Shown: piece after piece, positions 40,867-50,656 of the stretch
How the letters are laid out: each line of letters begins with the position of its first letter
Position numbering within the stretch: the stretch's first letter is position 1
NCBI GenBank assembly: GCA_964571255.1
Contig: CAZNAA010000001.1
Location: forward strand, 359,674-423,673
Direction of reading: 5' to 3'
DNA length: 64,000 bases
Source: an uncultured Gammaproteobacteria bacterium
GTDB lineage: Bacteria > Patescibacteriota > Microgenomatia > Levybacterales > UBA12049
Program-made: the position numbers and the translations under genes
Notes under the pieces: model-generated
Database searches by the model: none
Told to the model about the DNA's origin: nothing
Seen by the model: the letters and a program-made list of their open reading frames with translations, nothing else

Positions 40867-40945
40867 AGCTTGTGCTCCTAGAGCCAGGGATGTACCCGGG
40901 TTTCAAAGAGCTGAAAGAGGGCAACAAGCAAAAAGGGAGGAGCAA

Positions 40946-41209
40946 ATGGCTTCTTATAGCGGACGATCTCCTTACACAAACTATCCTCTAGAGGATGAGG
41001 AAGAGATGACCAGTGGGGAGGCACTGGTATTCTGTGTCATTGTGTCAATATTCCTGCTGGTACCTCTTCACTATCTCGTTGCCTTGGTAGCGTGGATAGT
41101 CGGGAAGAAGATCCCTGTCAACCCCTTCAAAGTGATCCCAACGTATGCTGCCCTTCTCACTGCTGGATTCGGCACGATCTGGGCAGTGGGAGAGTTTGAC
41201 ACAAAGTAG
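40946..41209 (+). CDS. small 2-TM membrane protein (hypothetical) in a GC-rich island
   Basis: A strong SD (AGGGAGGAG) lies 5 nt before the ATG. The 87-aa product has an acidic N-terminus followed by two TM helices. Third-position codons are G/C-rich, unlike neighbouring genes. Confidence 0.45.
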   Translation: MASYSGRSPYTNYPLEDEEEMTSGEALVFCVIVSIFLLVPLHYLVALVAWIVGKKIPVNPFKVIPTYAALLTAGFGTIWAVGEFDTK

Positions 41210-41315
41210 ATCAATGCCCTGTGGAATTAGGAGTGATTGCCCTCCTCCTGAAACCACATTACCTCTCACTTCCTGATGGTCTGGAAGTGCGCGATAGAGC
41301 CGAAGGGAGGTTTGG

Positions 41316-41495
41316 ATGAAAGCTCTCGCAAACAGGGTAGTCCTAGGACTCGCAGTTGCAATGATCGGAGTATTTGCTCTCACGATCGTCGCTCAGATGG
41401 TGGAGCTGGCCATGAATGCTCCCCACTTTTGCGGAGGAGGCGTACTAGTAGGACTGGTCCTGCTCGTTGCAGCCAAAAAAAAACAGACAACGTAA
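41316..41495 (+). CDS. small hydrophobic protein (59 aa, hypothetical); not in the ORF track because it is under 60 aa
   Basis: A strong SD (GGGAGG) lies 7 nt upstream of the ATG. The protein is MKALANRVVLGLAVAMIGVFALTIVAQMVELAMNAPHFCGGGVLVGLVLLVAAKKKQTT. It has GC-rich codons. The ORF-track entry 41276-41515 is in a different frame and encodes a low-complexity Arg/Ser-rich product. Confidence 0.4.
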   Translation: MKALANRVVLGLAVAMIGVFALTIVAQMVELAMNAPHFCGGGVLVGLVLLVAAKKKQTT

Positions 41496-41569
41496 GATGC
41501 CGCCCTCCGGGCTGAAGAGATAAAGAAACAAATGGTGTCAACTCGACGCCGTTACTGACCGTTCACGGT

Positions 41570-41604
41570 CTGTTTCTCCTCTTCTCCCGGTGGGCAACCA
41601 CACT
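41570..41604. repeat. Copy 2 of the repeated motif: CTGTTTCTCCTCTTCTCCCGGTGGGCAACCACACT
   Basis: It matches 34252-34285 with a few substitutions and a 2-nt indel. It lies about 55 nt upstream of tRNA-Thr. Confidence 0.5.
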
Positions 41605-41659
41605 AATCCCCTATTTGCTAATCTGCACTAAATCTCATAAAATTGTAGGAGAAAATTCT

Positions 41660-41732
41660 GCCTACATAGCTCAACGGTAGAGCAGCGGTATCGTAAACCG
41701 CAGGTTATCGGTTCAAATCCGATTGTAGGCTC
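41660..41732 (+). tRNA. tRNA-Thr (anticodon CGT)
   Basis: The sequence is GCCTACATAGCTCAACGGTAGAGCAGCGGTATCGTAAACCGCAGGTTATCGGTTCAAATCCGATTGTAGGCT. It has a 7-bp acceptor stem, a TTCAAAT T-loop and anticodon loop ATCGTAA. Confidence 0.85.
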
Positions 41733-41759
41733 TCAAAAAAGTTGTATACTGTAGGTATT

Positions 41760-42473
41760 ATGGCAACCAAACAGCGATCACGAATCAATAAACGAGTTGA
41801 GGAACAAACAAAAAAAACCATTGTTGCCTCCTCTGTTGGATCAATCCTTATTATCGTTGGTCTTTATTTTATTGGTCCTAAAATCATCTCAGGCTTGTCC
41901 TTACTCATGGTATCCCGTAGTGAAAGTCTTCCAGCTAAAAAAGAAGATGTTTTTGTCACCTCTCCTATTTTAGATCCCCTTTCCATTAGTACTAATAGTG
42001 CTATTATGGTTGTTTCAGGAATTGCTCAAAAGGAAAGAAAGATAAAGCTGTATGTGAATGACACCAAGTCAGGTGAGATGGAAACAGGAAAAGACGGAAC
42101 CTTTGAATTTAAAAGAGTAAAACTTGTTGAAGGCAAAAACGAAATCCACGCAGTCTCTTTGTATCAAGACAAAGAAAGTAATGATTCCCAGTCCCAAACG
42201 GTAACGTATTTGAGTAAAGCCCCTACCCTTTCTATTGATTCACCCTCTGATGGACATGAAGTAAAAGGTGGAGAGAAAAGAGTAACGATTACAGGCAAAA
42301 CTGATAGCGGTTCGCAAATCACGATTAATGATATCTGGGTATTAACTGAACCTGATGGGAAATTCTCCTATTCCGTTCAACTCAAAGATGGAGATAACGA
42401 TATCAAAATACTGGCAACCGATGATGCAGGAAACAATACCGAAATGAAGCGAATGGTTAAATATTCTCCTTAG
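41760..42473 (+). CDS. membrane-anchored protein with Ig-like (Big-type) beta domains, hypothetical
   Basis: An N-terminal TM helix is present. The C-terminal region has repeated beta-rich segments typical of bacterial Ig-like domains (TITGKTDSGSQITIND...). The ATG at 41760 is preferred over the TTG at 41742. Confidence 0.5.
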   Translation: MATKQRSRINKRVEEQTKKTIVASSVGSILIIVGLYFIGPKIISGLSLLMVSRSESLPAKKEDVFVTSPILDPLSISTNSAIMVVSGIAQKERKIKLYVNDTKSGEMETGKDGTFEFKRVKLVEGKNEIHAVSLYQDKESNDSQSQTVTYLSKAPTLSIDSPSDGHEVKGGEKRVTITGKTDSGSQITINDIWVLTEPDGKFSYSVQLKDGDNDIKILATDDAGNNTEMKRMVKYSP

Positions 42474-43608
42474 CACTAAGAAGAAAGAGCCAGAAAAGAA
42501 ACGGTGTATAAAAGAGTGCGTTGTTAAAGAGTCCTCCAATCAGTAATACCACAAATGACGCAAACAGATATGATTTTTTTTGCACTAAATAGCTTTTACC
42601 TATTTGGTAGAGAAAGAAAAGATACGAGATAAATCCCCCAATTCCTGTGGTCACCAGAACAAAAAGATAACTATTACTATTCCCATTTTCTGAATGATTA
42701 TATAACACATCAGTTTTTTCTAAAAAACCATAGGACTCAATGGCATATTTATAGGCGTTAAACCCTACTCCAAAAAGGATGTGATCTTTAGCAATCACTA
42801 CTCCCTGTCTGAATGACTCAATTCGTGAGACACTTGAGGCTACTCGAAAAAGACTCGTATTATCTGTTGCAAAGGTGGGCAGGAAAAGAATTCCAATAAA
42901 GAGTGCTCCTAGAACAAAACTAAACAGTATCTTTTTCTTCTTTTCTAAATACGCATATACACCAATTCCTACAAATAGTCCAAGATACGCAGTTCGTGAA
43001 TAGGTAAGAAAGAGAGCAAAAAGAACAATCCCCAAAAGAATGAGTAATTGATTTCTTTTTTTCTTCTCATATAGATTGAGCAGAAAAAGAATAAAAAGAG
43101 CAAAGAAAATCCCAGCAAAGTTTGGATCTAAAAATACACTAAACAAGCGGTGCATATGCTCATCCCACCCTAAGTAATATAAGTTTCTTAAACTGGGGTA
43201 AAGCAGTAGCTGAACAAATCCAAGAAGTGTAATCAGACTGCCACTAATAAGCAGTCCCATCTCAATCTGCTGGACAAAAGGTGTGAGGCGTTTTCGAAGG
43301 AAAAAGAAAAGGGATAGGTATGAGAAGAAGCGCAGAAAGTACAAAGAAGACACAATCATTTTTTCCCCAGCAAGAGAAGGGATATTCATCAAAAGCGATA
43401 AGAGACAAAACCCAATAAAAATTCCCCAGGATTTTAGCAGTACATCTTTTTTTTCCTTATTCCAAAACGAGTGAATAAAAAAGAGAGGAAAGCTAGTGAG
43501 CATTACCACCAAATCAAGAAGCATGATCCCAAATCCAAATCCCGTCTCAACTCTAGCAACTTGAGAAAGAGTAAATGCACATAGGAGAAAAAAGAGATAG
43601 TATTTCAT
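42457..43608 (-). CDS. O-antigen ligase / Wzy-like polytopic membrane protein
   Basis: It has about 10 TM helices. The central loop carries the LLTYSRTAYLGLFVG motif typical of the Wzy_C/O-antigen ligase family. Confidence 0.6.
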   Translation of the reverse strand: MKYYLFFLLCAFTLSQVARVETGFGFGIMLLDLVVMLTSFPLFFIHSFWNKEKKDVLLKSWGIFIGFCLLSLLMNIPSLAGEKMIVSSLYFLRFFSYLSLFFFLRKRLTPFVQQIEMGLLISGSLITLLGFVQLLLYPSLRNLYYLGWDEHMHRLFSVFLDPNFAGIFFALFILFLLNLYEKKKRNQLLILLGIVLFALFLTYSRTAYLGLFVGIGVYAYLEKKKKILFSFVLGALFIGILFLPTFATDNTSLFRVASSVSRIESFRQGVVIAKDHILFGVGFNAYKYAIESYGFLEKTDVLYNHSENGNSNSYLFVLVTTGIGGFISYLFFLYQIGKSYLVQKKSYLFASFVVLLIGGLFNNALFYTPFLFWLFLLSAKENI

Positions 43609-45179
43609 GGTTTTTGATACAAGGTAACTCCGGTAATCTTATTATGATATATTTTACTCCATCCGGAAAACAGAGGTGGCAAACTTGTGTGTTGCGTAGC
43701 TACATAGGTGACCTTATCAAGGGAGCCATCTTTACTCCCCAACACAAAAGGAAAGTTTACATAATACAAATTATGAAATCCTTCAAGATATACTACATCT
43801 TTTTCTTTAATTGTTTTCTCAAAAAAATGGTCAGTATCGAAAAAGTCTCCATACGCAAAGTTCAAGTTCTTTTCTAAAAATATTTCCTTCGTCTCATTTC
43901 CCAGGATTACTGGAAGATATTTTTTATTCGCTCCCGCTCTATACACAATCGTTATGGTAAAGACAAAAAGAATAGCCAGAATAAGAGGTGAGAATAATGC
44001 TTTCCTATCCTGAAGTTTGCTTAAAACTATCCCAACTAAAAGAGAAAAAACAGGAAGGTAAGGAAGAATAAACCTTCCTCCTCCAGTTCTAGGAGTTATA
44101 TACCAAATAATGAGTGCTGCGATACTATATACAAGAATCATTTTTTCCTCACGAGTAAATTGTTTATACGTAAGAAAAAGTAAGGGTAGAACCAGAACAT
44201 ACAGAGGAGAAAGAGGATCTGGAGAATGAAGAAAGAGAAGATACACATCTTTAATCATATTTAGAGGATTTAGAAGAGTCAGGAGCGGAAGCATCTTTTC
44301 AGAAAAAGAGGTAAAAAGAGGAAAGAGAGGATTTCCCGTACTAAATAAAGCATAGATAAACCAAGGAGATGCTGTAAGAATAGTAATTCCAACAAAGGAC
44401 AGCATTAATTTTCCTTTTTCTTTTCCTCCATAAAAAGCAAGGAGTCCTAGAGATAACAGAATTCCTCCTAATGATAATAACTTTACCCCAATTGCAAATC
44501 CCAAAAGAATAGCACTAAGATACAAAAGCTTTTTTTGCTTTGTTTGAAGAAAGATAAAAAGAGTAGAAAAAGAAAGAAATTCAAAAAAAGTTCGCGATAA
44601 ATCAACATAGGCAGTAATTGACTCCCAAGCAACTACTAAATTTCCATAAAAAACTAAAACAACTAGAAAGGAAAGAAAAGGAGAAAGAAACCTTTTTGAG
44701 AAAGTATACAGACTAATACAGCACAGAATTCCAAACAAAAAATGAATACCTTTGGCAAGAATTTCTCCTTGGAGTACTAATACACTTATATAATACATTT
44801 CTGTCAACTGAGGCATACCAGAGTAATAGAGTAATCCTCCGGGAATATACGAAATACTATGGTGTTCTAGATACCATTTAGGAAGAGTTAGGTGATACCA
44901 CAACGCGTCAAAAGCTAATTCTGGTCCTAGTACCCCAATCAGATTTACAAACCCTAAGAACAAGAAGCAGAGGACAAGAAACAATACCCTTTTGTCCTGT
45001 TTACACTCTTGAATAAATACTCTCCCTCCCACCCGTATTGAATCTTTTAGGAAATAGAGTGTCAGAAGAAAAAACAGGAGTGTGACCACCAGAATAACCG
45101 TAGGATATAAAAGACTCATTACCCCTAGGAAAAAAAGGACAGTCCCATATATTCCAAGTAAATTGGCAAAGGTAATCAT
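43605..45179 (-). CDS. large polytopic membrane protein, GT-C-fold glycosyltransferase-like (family uncertain)
   Basis: The 524-aa product has many TM helices. An N-terminal loop carries acidic residues (DALWYH). It is coupled into the glycan cluster. Confidence 0.5.
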   Translation of the reverse strand: MITFANLLGIYGTVLFFLGVMSLLYPTVILVVTLLFFLLTLYFLKDSIRVGGRVFIQECKQDKRVLFLVLCFLFLGFVNLIGVLGPELAFDALWYHLTLPKWYLEHHSISYIPGGLLYYSGMPQLTEMYYISVLVLQGEILAKGIHFLFGILCCISLYTFSKRFLSPFLSFLVVLVFYGNLVVAWESITAYVDLSRTFFEFLSFSTLFIFLQTKQKKLLYLSAILLGFAIGVKLLSLGGILLSLGLLAFYGGKEKGKLMLSFVGITILTASPWFIYALFSTGNPLFPLFTSFSEKMLPLLTLLNPLNMIKDVYLLFLHSPDPLSPLYVLVLPLLFLTYKQFTREEKMILVYSIAALIIWYITPRTGGGRFILPYLPVFSLLVGIVLSKLQDRKALFSPLILAILFVFTITIVYRAGANKKYLPVILGNETKEIFLEKNLNFAYGDFFDTDHFFEKTIKEKDVVYLEGFHNLYYVNFPFVLGSKDGSLDKVTYVATQHTSLPPLFSGWSKIYHNKITGVTLYQKP

Positions 45180-46978
45180 AATAATTGATAGAGATACACT
45201 TCTTTATCTTTTTGAAGCAGTTTTACATTGGTACTTTGATTTAGTCTTTTTATTATTTCCTCCCCCTCTGCTACTAATTTTCCTCCACTTTTGAACTGAA
45301 GTCCAGAAAGAGTATCATATTCCTTTGGGTGAATAATAAGATATTCCACTCGTAGTAACTTCAAGGTTGAAAATGTTTCGTTATTTGGAAAATTTCCAAG
45401 TAATTCAATTGCCATCTCCTCCCACTTGGACGGAGAATAGCCACTAGTTCCATTTACCTGGGGGTGAAATGAGACAGTTGAATAATACACACGAGAAAAC
45501 TCAGTCTCAGAATTAGGCATATTCCAGGTATAGATGGGGAAATGGATCAATACGCTGTCTTGAGGAAGAGTTTTGATCCATTGATACTCAATTGGCGACG
45601 ACTTGACGTGAGGAGAGTTAATATACCTAAAAGGAAACGTAAATTCTCCAAGTACTAAACTAAGTAATACGACATATACTCCCACTCTTCCTTTGAGAGA
45701 GAGGTGGATAAGTAACTTGTGAAGAAGAAGGCCAATACAAAGGGCACTAGTTACAATAAAAAGCATTTCAAACCTGGCAGATGAACGAAAACCATTAAAT
45801 CCAGGCGCTAGATAATAAAACAAGAGATACGGAAGAGGAATGGGAAAGGGAGAATGAATAGTTACTCTTCCTAGATGAAGAAATGGTCCTAAACTAAGTA
45901 AAAATCCAATTACTGCACTAAAAAACAAACTGACAAAAAGAAACGAACGAGTCTTTTCTCTGATGAAATAAATTACACCCATAATCACCAAAAGAGTGAA
46001 TATTCCTCCCAAATATCCAACCTTATACTCTCCATTTATTTTTGTCTTATCTACCTTTTGGAGAGACAGAAGAAATGGCTCAAGTCTTGTTGCACTATTG
46101 GGATAAAAGTAATCTTCAGGAGAAAGAGAAAAATGGATCGAATCTCTGATATCTCGTTTATACTGATATTCTTTAGAAACCATTATATAGGGATACATTA
46201 TGGGAGCTAGAAAAAGAAGGGAAACACAAAAAAAAAGAAGATGTTTTTTGCTAAACAAAAAAGAAATTGTTACTTGCTTGGTAAAAAGAGCTACTCCACT
46301 CATACACACGTAGGATAAGATAATAAAATACCCTGCCATAAAACTGTTAAATGATTGGAGTACAAAACACCCTAGAGCAAGAAAAAGAAATAACTGTTTT
46401 TTCTTCGTTAAGAAAAGATACAAACTCAATATTCCCAATGGCAGAAAGAAAATAAACAGAACTTGGAGATGAATTGCTTTATCAAGTACTGCTGGAGAAA
46501 GACTAATAAGAATTCCTGAAAAGATTGCTGGCAAATAGTCTCTCGTAATGACATAGATGAAAACAGCAACACTCCATCCTAAAAGAGTAAGAGAGAGAAT
46601 CAGTGAAATATTATTAAACACAATAGGCTCACCAAGAAGCATATAAGGAATACTTCCAAAAAGCATGGAGGTCAAATGCATGTCTGAATACGCAAAGCTA
46701 TATAAAAATGGATAAAAAATATTGGCACTAAATAAGTGCAGTGGGTTGGTAGTTAATGCATGAAATCCCCAGGAATGAATCCAAGCAATGAGTAGCTCAT
46801 CTCCACTTCCTGTGGTAAGAGTGGAAAGATTAGAGATAAGGGGGAAAGTAATGATACAACCGAGAACAAAAAAGAAAATGAATAGACCAATAAAGGGGAT
46901 CACTTTCTTCATAGTTATCTTCCACTTACTCGTAAAAAAAGAGTAACACAGTAATAAGAAAGAATCACTCCTACCCAC
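45176..46978 (-). CDS. large polytopic membrane protein, GT-C-fold / YfhO-like (family uncertain)
   Basis: The 600-aa product has about 12-14 TM helices and a C-terminal periplasmic domain. It is translationally coupled to its neighbours. Confidence 0.5.
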   Translation of the reverse strand: MGRSDSFLLLCYSFFTSKWKITMKKVIPFIGLFIFFFVLGCIITFPLISNLSTLTTGSGDELLIAWIHSWGFHALTTNPLHLFSANIFYPFLYSFAYSDMHLTSMLFGSIPYMLLGEPIVFNNISLILSLTLLGWSVAVFIYVITRDYLPAIFSGILISLSPAVLDKAIHLQVLFIFFLPLGILSLYLFLTKKKQLFLFLALGCFVLQSFNSFMAGYFIILSYVCMSGVALFTKQVTISFLFSKKHLLFFCVSLLFLAPIMYPYIMVSKEYQYKRDIRDSIHFSLSPEDYFYPNSATRLEPFLLSLQKVDKTKINGEYKVGYLGGIFTLLVIMGVIYFIREKTRSFLFVSLFFSAVIGFLLSLGPFLHLGRVTIHSPFPIPLPYLLFYYLAPGFNGFRSSARFEMLFIVTSALCIGLLLHKLLIHLSLKGRVGVYVVLLSLVLGEFTFPFRYINSPHVKSSPIEYQWIKTLPQDSVLIHFPIYTWNMPNSETEFSRVYYSTVSFHPQVNGTSGYSPSKWEEMAIELLGNFPNNETFSTLKLLRVEYLIIHPKEYDTLSGLQFKSGGKLVAEGEEIIKRLNQSTNVKLLQKDKEVYLYQLL

Positions 46979-46996
46979 AAAACAAAATATATCTCG

Positions 46997-47746
46997 TTAC
47001 TTTTCATCTTGTCTATATAACATCCACAATTTAGATCGTACAAGAAAAGAGTGAAAACTCATAACTATTGCATGAATCATTCCTTCAGTTCCATCCATAA
47101 AACCTCGTTTCAAAATATAATTCATAAAGAATTTAGCCTTAGGATATAAGATAATATGCCACCAATAAACTTTGGTTTTTTTCTCATATAATTCTTGCGC
47201 CCGAAGTGTTGTATAGTACTGAATCTCGGTTAAAAACTCTTTGACTGTTGGGTGAGGATAATGTTCCAAAACATTTTTACAGCTTTCTACTCTCCCTTTT
47301 ATCTCCCATCTCTCGTGAACCTTTCCCTTCCATTCCCCTCCATGTTTTTTTCCAAGACGCAACAATTTAGTAGTCCCCGTCTCACCATATGAGAGTTTTT
47401 TTCCAAAGACTGTATCTTTTCTCAAAAGTGTATATCCGATTACTGAGGAAGAGTGAGAAAGAAGTGATTGGATTTCATAACTTAAAGGGAGTGGAACTCT
47501 TTCATCTGCATCAATAAAAAGCACCCAATCTTCTTTAGCTTTTTGAAGACCAAAGTTTCGTTGCGTAGCAAAATCATTCCCTAGTGCTCTCGTATAGACA
47601 CTGGCCCCTTTTTTCTTAGCAAGGGAAACTGTGTTATCCTCTGACTCATCATCAATAACAATAATCTCATCACACCAGGATAAGGAATCCATACAGGACT
47701 CAATATTTTTTGATTCGTTTTTTGTAAGAATAATAGCTGTGATCAT
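46997..47746 (-). CDS. family 2 glycosyltransferase
   Basis: The N-terminus is AIILTKNESKNI. DDES and D.D motifs of GT-A GT2 enzymes are present. Confidence 0.85.
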   Translation of the reverse strand: MITAIILTKNESKNIESCMDSLSWCDEIIVIDDESEDNTVSLAKKKGASVYTRALGNDFATQRNFGLQKAKEDWVLFIDADERVPLPLSYEIQSLLSHSSSVIGYTLLRKDTVFGKKLSYGETGTTKLLRLGKKHGGEWKGKVHERWEIKGRVESCKNVLEHYPHPTVKEFLTEIQYYTTLRAQELYEKKTKVYWWHIILYPKAKFFMNYILKRGFMDGTEGMIHAIVMSFHSFLVRSKLWMLYRQDEK

Positions 47747-49149
47747 AATGCTTCAAAAAAAACCTCTCCGTTTTTTTCTTCAATAAGATAGGTTTTTATC
47801 CCCTCTTTTGTCTCCCCTTTCTCCAGATACCATAAAAGGTATTCATAATTCATTGTATCAGTAAGAGTAACAATTGTGGGATTTTTCATCTTGAGTTGTA
47901 CTTGTGAATCTCCAGCATACTGAAGGAGTTGTTTTACTCCTTTTTCCTGTGCGCTAAACGTGATTCGTTTTTCCCCTTTAGATACAGTGAAATAATCAGT
48001 ACTAAAGACATAAAACAAGTTATTAACTATGACTATCCCTACAAAGGCATAAATTCCCCAATTTTTTCTCCTCAACTGAGAAAACACATAACCTAGTGAC
48101 AAAAAGAGAAATGGAAGAATGATATGCACAAACCCTTCACTCGCATTTCTATAGACAAGATATGTTCCTGAAGTAAAAAGAGTAAAGAAATACAAAAGCT
48201 GTAAGCGTATATTTCGCTCCTTTCTCATCCATTGTTGTTTTAATATCAAAAAGAAGCTTCCAAATAGAAAAAGAGAGAGTCCAAGAGATAGTTCTTTTTG
48301 TCCATAAAAAAAGATTCTTTGGATATATTCATGGGTGTAATAGATAAAGTCACTCAACGGCTGCTCTGGAGTAATATAGAGACGAGGAATGATGTGAAAC
48401 GTTGCTAGCAAGCGATAGATAAACCATACACCATAGCGAAGAGTCTGTGGGAATCCGTGATTGAGATCATAGAGCAGAATAGGAGAAAAGACTAAGAGAA
48501 AAAGTCCAAGTCCTTTTTGAATGGTTTTCCCTTTTTCAGAAAGCAAAATTGTGAAGTACACTTTTTTCTTCCACATTCCATACAAAAAGAGAAGAATTAC
48601 TGGGAATCCGAGAAAAATAGTTGAAGCAATTTCAAATTGATACGAAACAGCAAGTAAACCAAGAAGTCCAATAAAAGATTTCCTACTTCCCTCTATCCAT
48701 TTTACAATTAGGTAAAATACCCACACACTTAAAAAAGGAAGAGGTGTAGTGTGAAAAGGTGTTCTCATATAGACAATAGCGAGAGGTGAGGTAAGAAAAA
48801 GAAGGGAAGAAAGCATTCCGGCAGAAAAAGAATAGAGCTTTGATCCAACGTAATAGAGAGAAAAGACAGTCAATACTCCAATACTTGCTGCTAAGTATGC
48901 TCCACTTACTGGATGAAAGCTTCCAAAAGTCATGGCAAGAGAGAGAAGATAGGTCCACCCCGCTCCTTGATGAAGCCAAGGATGACTAGTGGGCAAACCA
49001 ACTAAAGGAAATTGTTCTCCTAGTAAGAGATCTCGTGCATCTAAATAGTACCATCCTGCATCTCCAAAAAAAGTCATAAGAGAGGACAAGTGGAAAAAGT
49101 AGATACAAAAGGCTGCAGTGAGTAAAAGATAAAGTGAGATCCTTTGCAT
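47743..49149 (-). CDS. ArnT/PMT-like (GT39/GT83-type) polytopic glycosyltransferase
   Basis: The 468-aa product has the FFGDAGWYYLDARD motif in its first periplasmic loop. It has about 11 TM helices. Confidence 0.6.
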   Translation of the reverse strand: MQRISLYLLLTAAFCIYFFHLSSLMTFFGDAGWYYLDARDLLLGEQFPLVGLPTSHPWLHQGAGWTYLLSLAMTFGSFHPVSGAYLAASIGVLTVFSLYYVGSKLYSFSAGMLSSLLFLTSPLAIVYMRTPFHTTPLPFLSVWVFYLIVKWIEGSRKSFIGLLGLLAVSYQFEIASTIFLGFPVILLFLYGMWKKKVYFTILLSEKGKTIQKGLGLFLLVFSPILLYDLNHGFPQTLRYGVWFIYRLLATFHIIPRLYITPEQPLSDFIYYTHEYIQRIFFYGQKELSLGLSLFLFGSFFLILKQQWMRKERNIRLQLLYFFTLFTSGTYLVYRNASEGFVHIILPFLFLSLGYVFSQLRRKNWGIYAFVGIVIVNNLFYVFSTDYFTVSKGEKRITFSAQEKGVKQLLQYAGDSQVQLKMKNPTIVTLTDTMNYEYLLWYLEKGETKEGIKTYLIEEKNGEVFFEAL

Positions 49150-50006
49150 TACTTCTTAAGAGAGATATGTATTTTTTCTCTCGTCATAAGAAGATATTGC
49201 TCACCCTTTAAAAGGGAAAATAATACAAGAGCAGAAAGTAGACTAAAATGTTTTTTATAGTATTGATATAAATCTCTATAATAAATATCCATTTTCCTCC
49301 ATCCAATTTTTGAAATACTGGATGAAACATGATGAACGACTTTTGCACTTCCTAAATGAATAACTTCATATCCCAACTTTTTTATTCGCAAACACACATC
49401 ATTTTCCGTATAGAAAAGATCAAATACATTGTCATATCCTTTAATTTTTTTCATAAGGTCGGTTCTAAGCATCAAAAAAGCATCACATCCAACATCCACT
49501 GAAAATGTCTCTTTTCGACTTATTCCACTATATCGAAAATCTTCTTTGAGAAAGTACTTTTTGAGTCGTTTTCCAATTAAGCTTAATTCATAAAAATCAA
49601 TAAGAGGAGTAGAAAATTTACTACCAGTTGGGACATCTTTTCCAAACTGATCAACCTCTAATCCTTCAACTGCCCCCACTTTTCTATTCTTTTTCAAATA
49701 ATCCACCATGGTCTTGATACTGTTATCTGTAAAATACGTATCTGCATTGAGAACTAAAAAAAAATTTCCTTTGGCTTTTTTAAGAGTTTGATTATTTGCT
49801 CTCGCAAAAAAAGCATTTTTCTTATTTTTAATTACAGTTACTTGAGGAAATGACTTTTCTATTTCTTCTACTGTTCCATCAGATGAGGCATTATCTACTA
49901 CAATAACTTCAATAGTTATCCCTTTAGTTTTTTTAAAAATGGATGCAATACATCTTTTTATAAGATCTTTTGTATTATAAGAAACAATCGAGACCGTAAC
50001 TGTCAT
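49149..50006 (-). CDS. family 2 glycosyltransferase
   Basis: It has the VSIVSYNTKDLI motif and the VVDNASSDGT motif. Confidence 0.85.
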   Translation of the reverse strand: MTVTVSIVSYNTKDLIKRCIASIFKKTKGITIEVIVVDNASSDGTVEEIEKSFPQVTVIKNKKNAFFARANNQTLKKAKGNFFLVLNADTYFTDNSIKTMVDYLKKNRKVGAVEGLEVDQFGKDVPTGSKFSTPLIDFYELSLIGKRLKKYFLKEDFRYSGISRKETFSVDVGCDAFLMLRTDLMKKIKGYDNVFDLFYTENDVCLRIKKLGYEVIHLGSAKVVHHVSSSISKIGWRKMDIYYRDLYQYYKKHFSLLSALVLFSLLKGEQYLLMTREKIHISLKK

Positions 50007-50656
50007 AGTGGTTTTGCTTTAATTACCATTTGATAAGCAAATAGACTTGGAACGAATAAAGAAAGAAAGAGACTTAGTTTTGGATACCCCCCTCCCACAG
50101 CGTCAAAAGAAAATGATTCAATTTCAAATCCTGCCTCTTTTACTAATTGCGGAAAGGTCGAATAAGTGAAAAATCGTAAATGAGTATTATCTAGCAAACC
50201 ATATTTTGTATAAGCAAAGTCTCCTTTGAGAAGACGAAGTCTCATACTCCAATGAGCAATATTTGAAGTAGTGATAATAAGTTTCCCTTCTTTTTTCAAA
50301 AACGTTTTCCACACTTTTAGAGCTGTCCAAGGATCTTTCAAGTGTTCAATAAGAGCTGAAGAATAGACAATATCGTATGTTTTCTTTTTCATTTTTCGGA
50401 TAACTTCTCTGTCCTCAATATCTCCCATATATACAGTAGATAATACTTTTTGGGCTTCTTTTGCTTCATCTCTTCCCAGTTCTACCCCATCCACAATGCA
50501 TCCTTTCTTTTTTATTAAGTACTTCCCTGCAAATCCAGTTGCACAGCCAATTTCTAATACAAAGGATTTTTCAGGAACAAGGGAAAGAGATTGTCTATCA
50601 ATATTTTTCGGATGAAGTTTTTCTGGATTAAAGTGTTGATTTGAATACTTGATCAT
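50003..50656 (-). CDS. class I SAM-dependent methyltransferase
   Basis: The motif I reads LEIGCATGFAGKYL. Confidence 0.8.
   Translation of the reverse strand: MIKYSNQHFNPEKLHPKNIDRQSLSLVPEKSFVLEIGCATGFAGKYLIKKKGCIVDGVELGRDEAKEAQKVLSTVYMGDIEDREVIRKMKKKTYDIVYSSALIEHLKDPWTALKVWKTFLKKEGKLIITTSNIAHWSMRLRLLKGDFAYTKYGLLDNTHLRFFTYSTFPQLVKEAGFEIESFSFDAVGGGYPKLSLFLSLFVPSLFAYQMVIKAKPL

Noticed and set aside
41045-41383. A minus-strand 112-aa ORF antisense to both small island ORFs
   Set aside because: It has no RBS. Its composition is typical of an antisense shadow frame across GC-rich coding sequence.
41471-41483. A9 homopolymer inside the small ORF 41316-41495 as a programmed slippery site
   Set aside because: It simply encodes KKK near the C-terminus. 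There is no alternative extended frame downstream.
40680-41732. An integrated mobile element at tRNA-Thr
   Set aside because: There is no integrase, recombinase or transposase. The tRNA 3' end is not duplicated. The only repeats are the 34-nt motifs, which do not overlap the tRNA. The feature is kept only as a compositionally foreign island.
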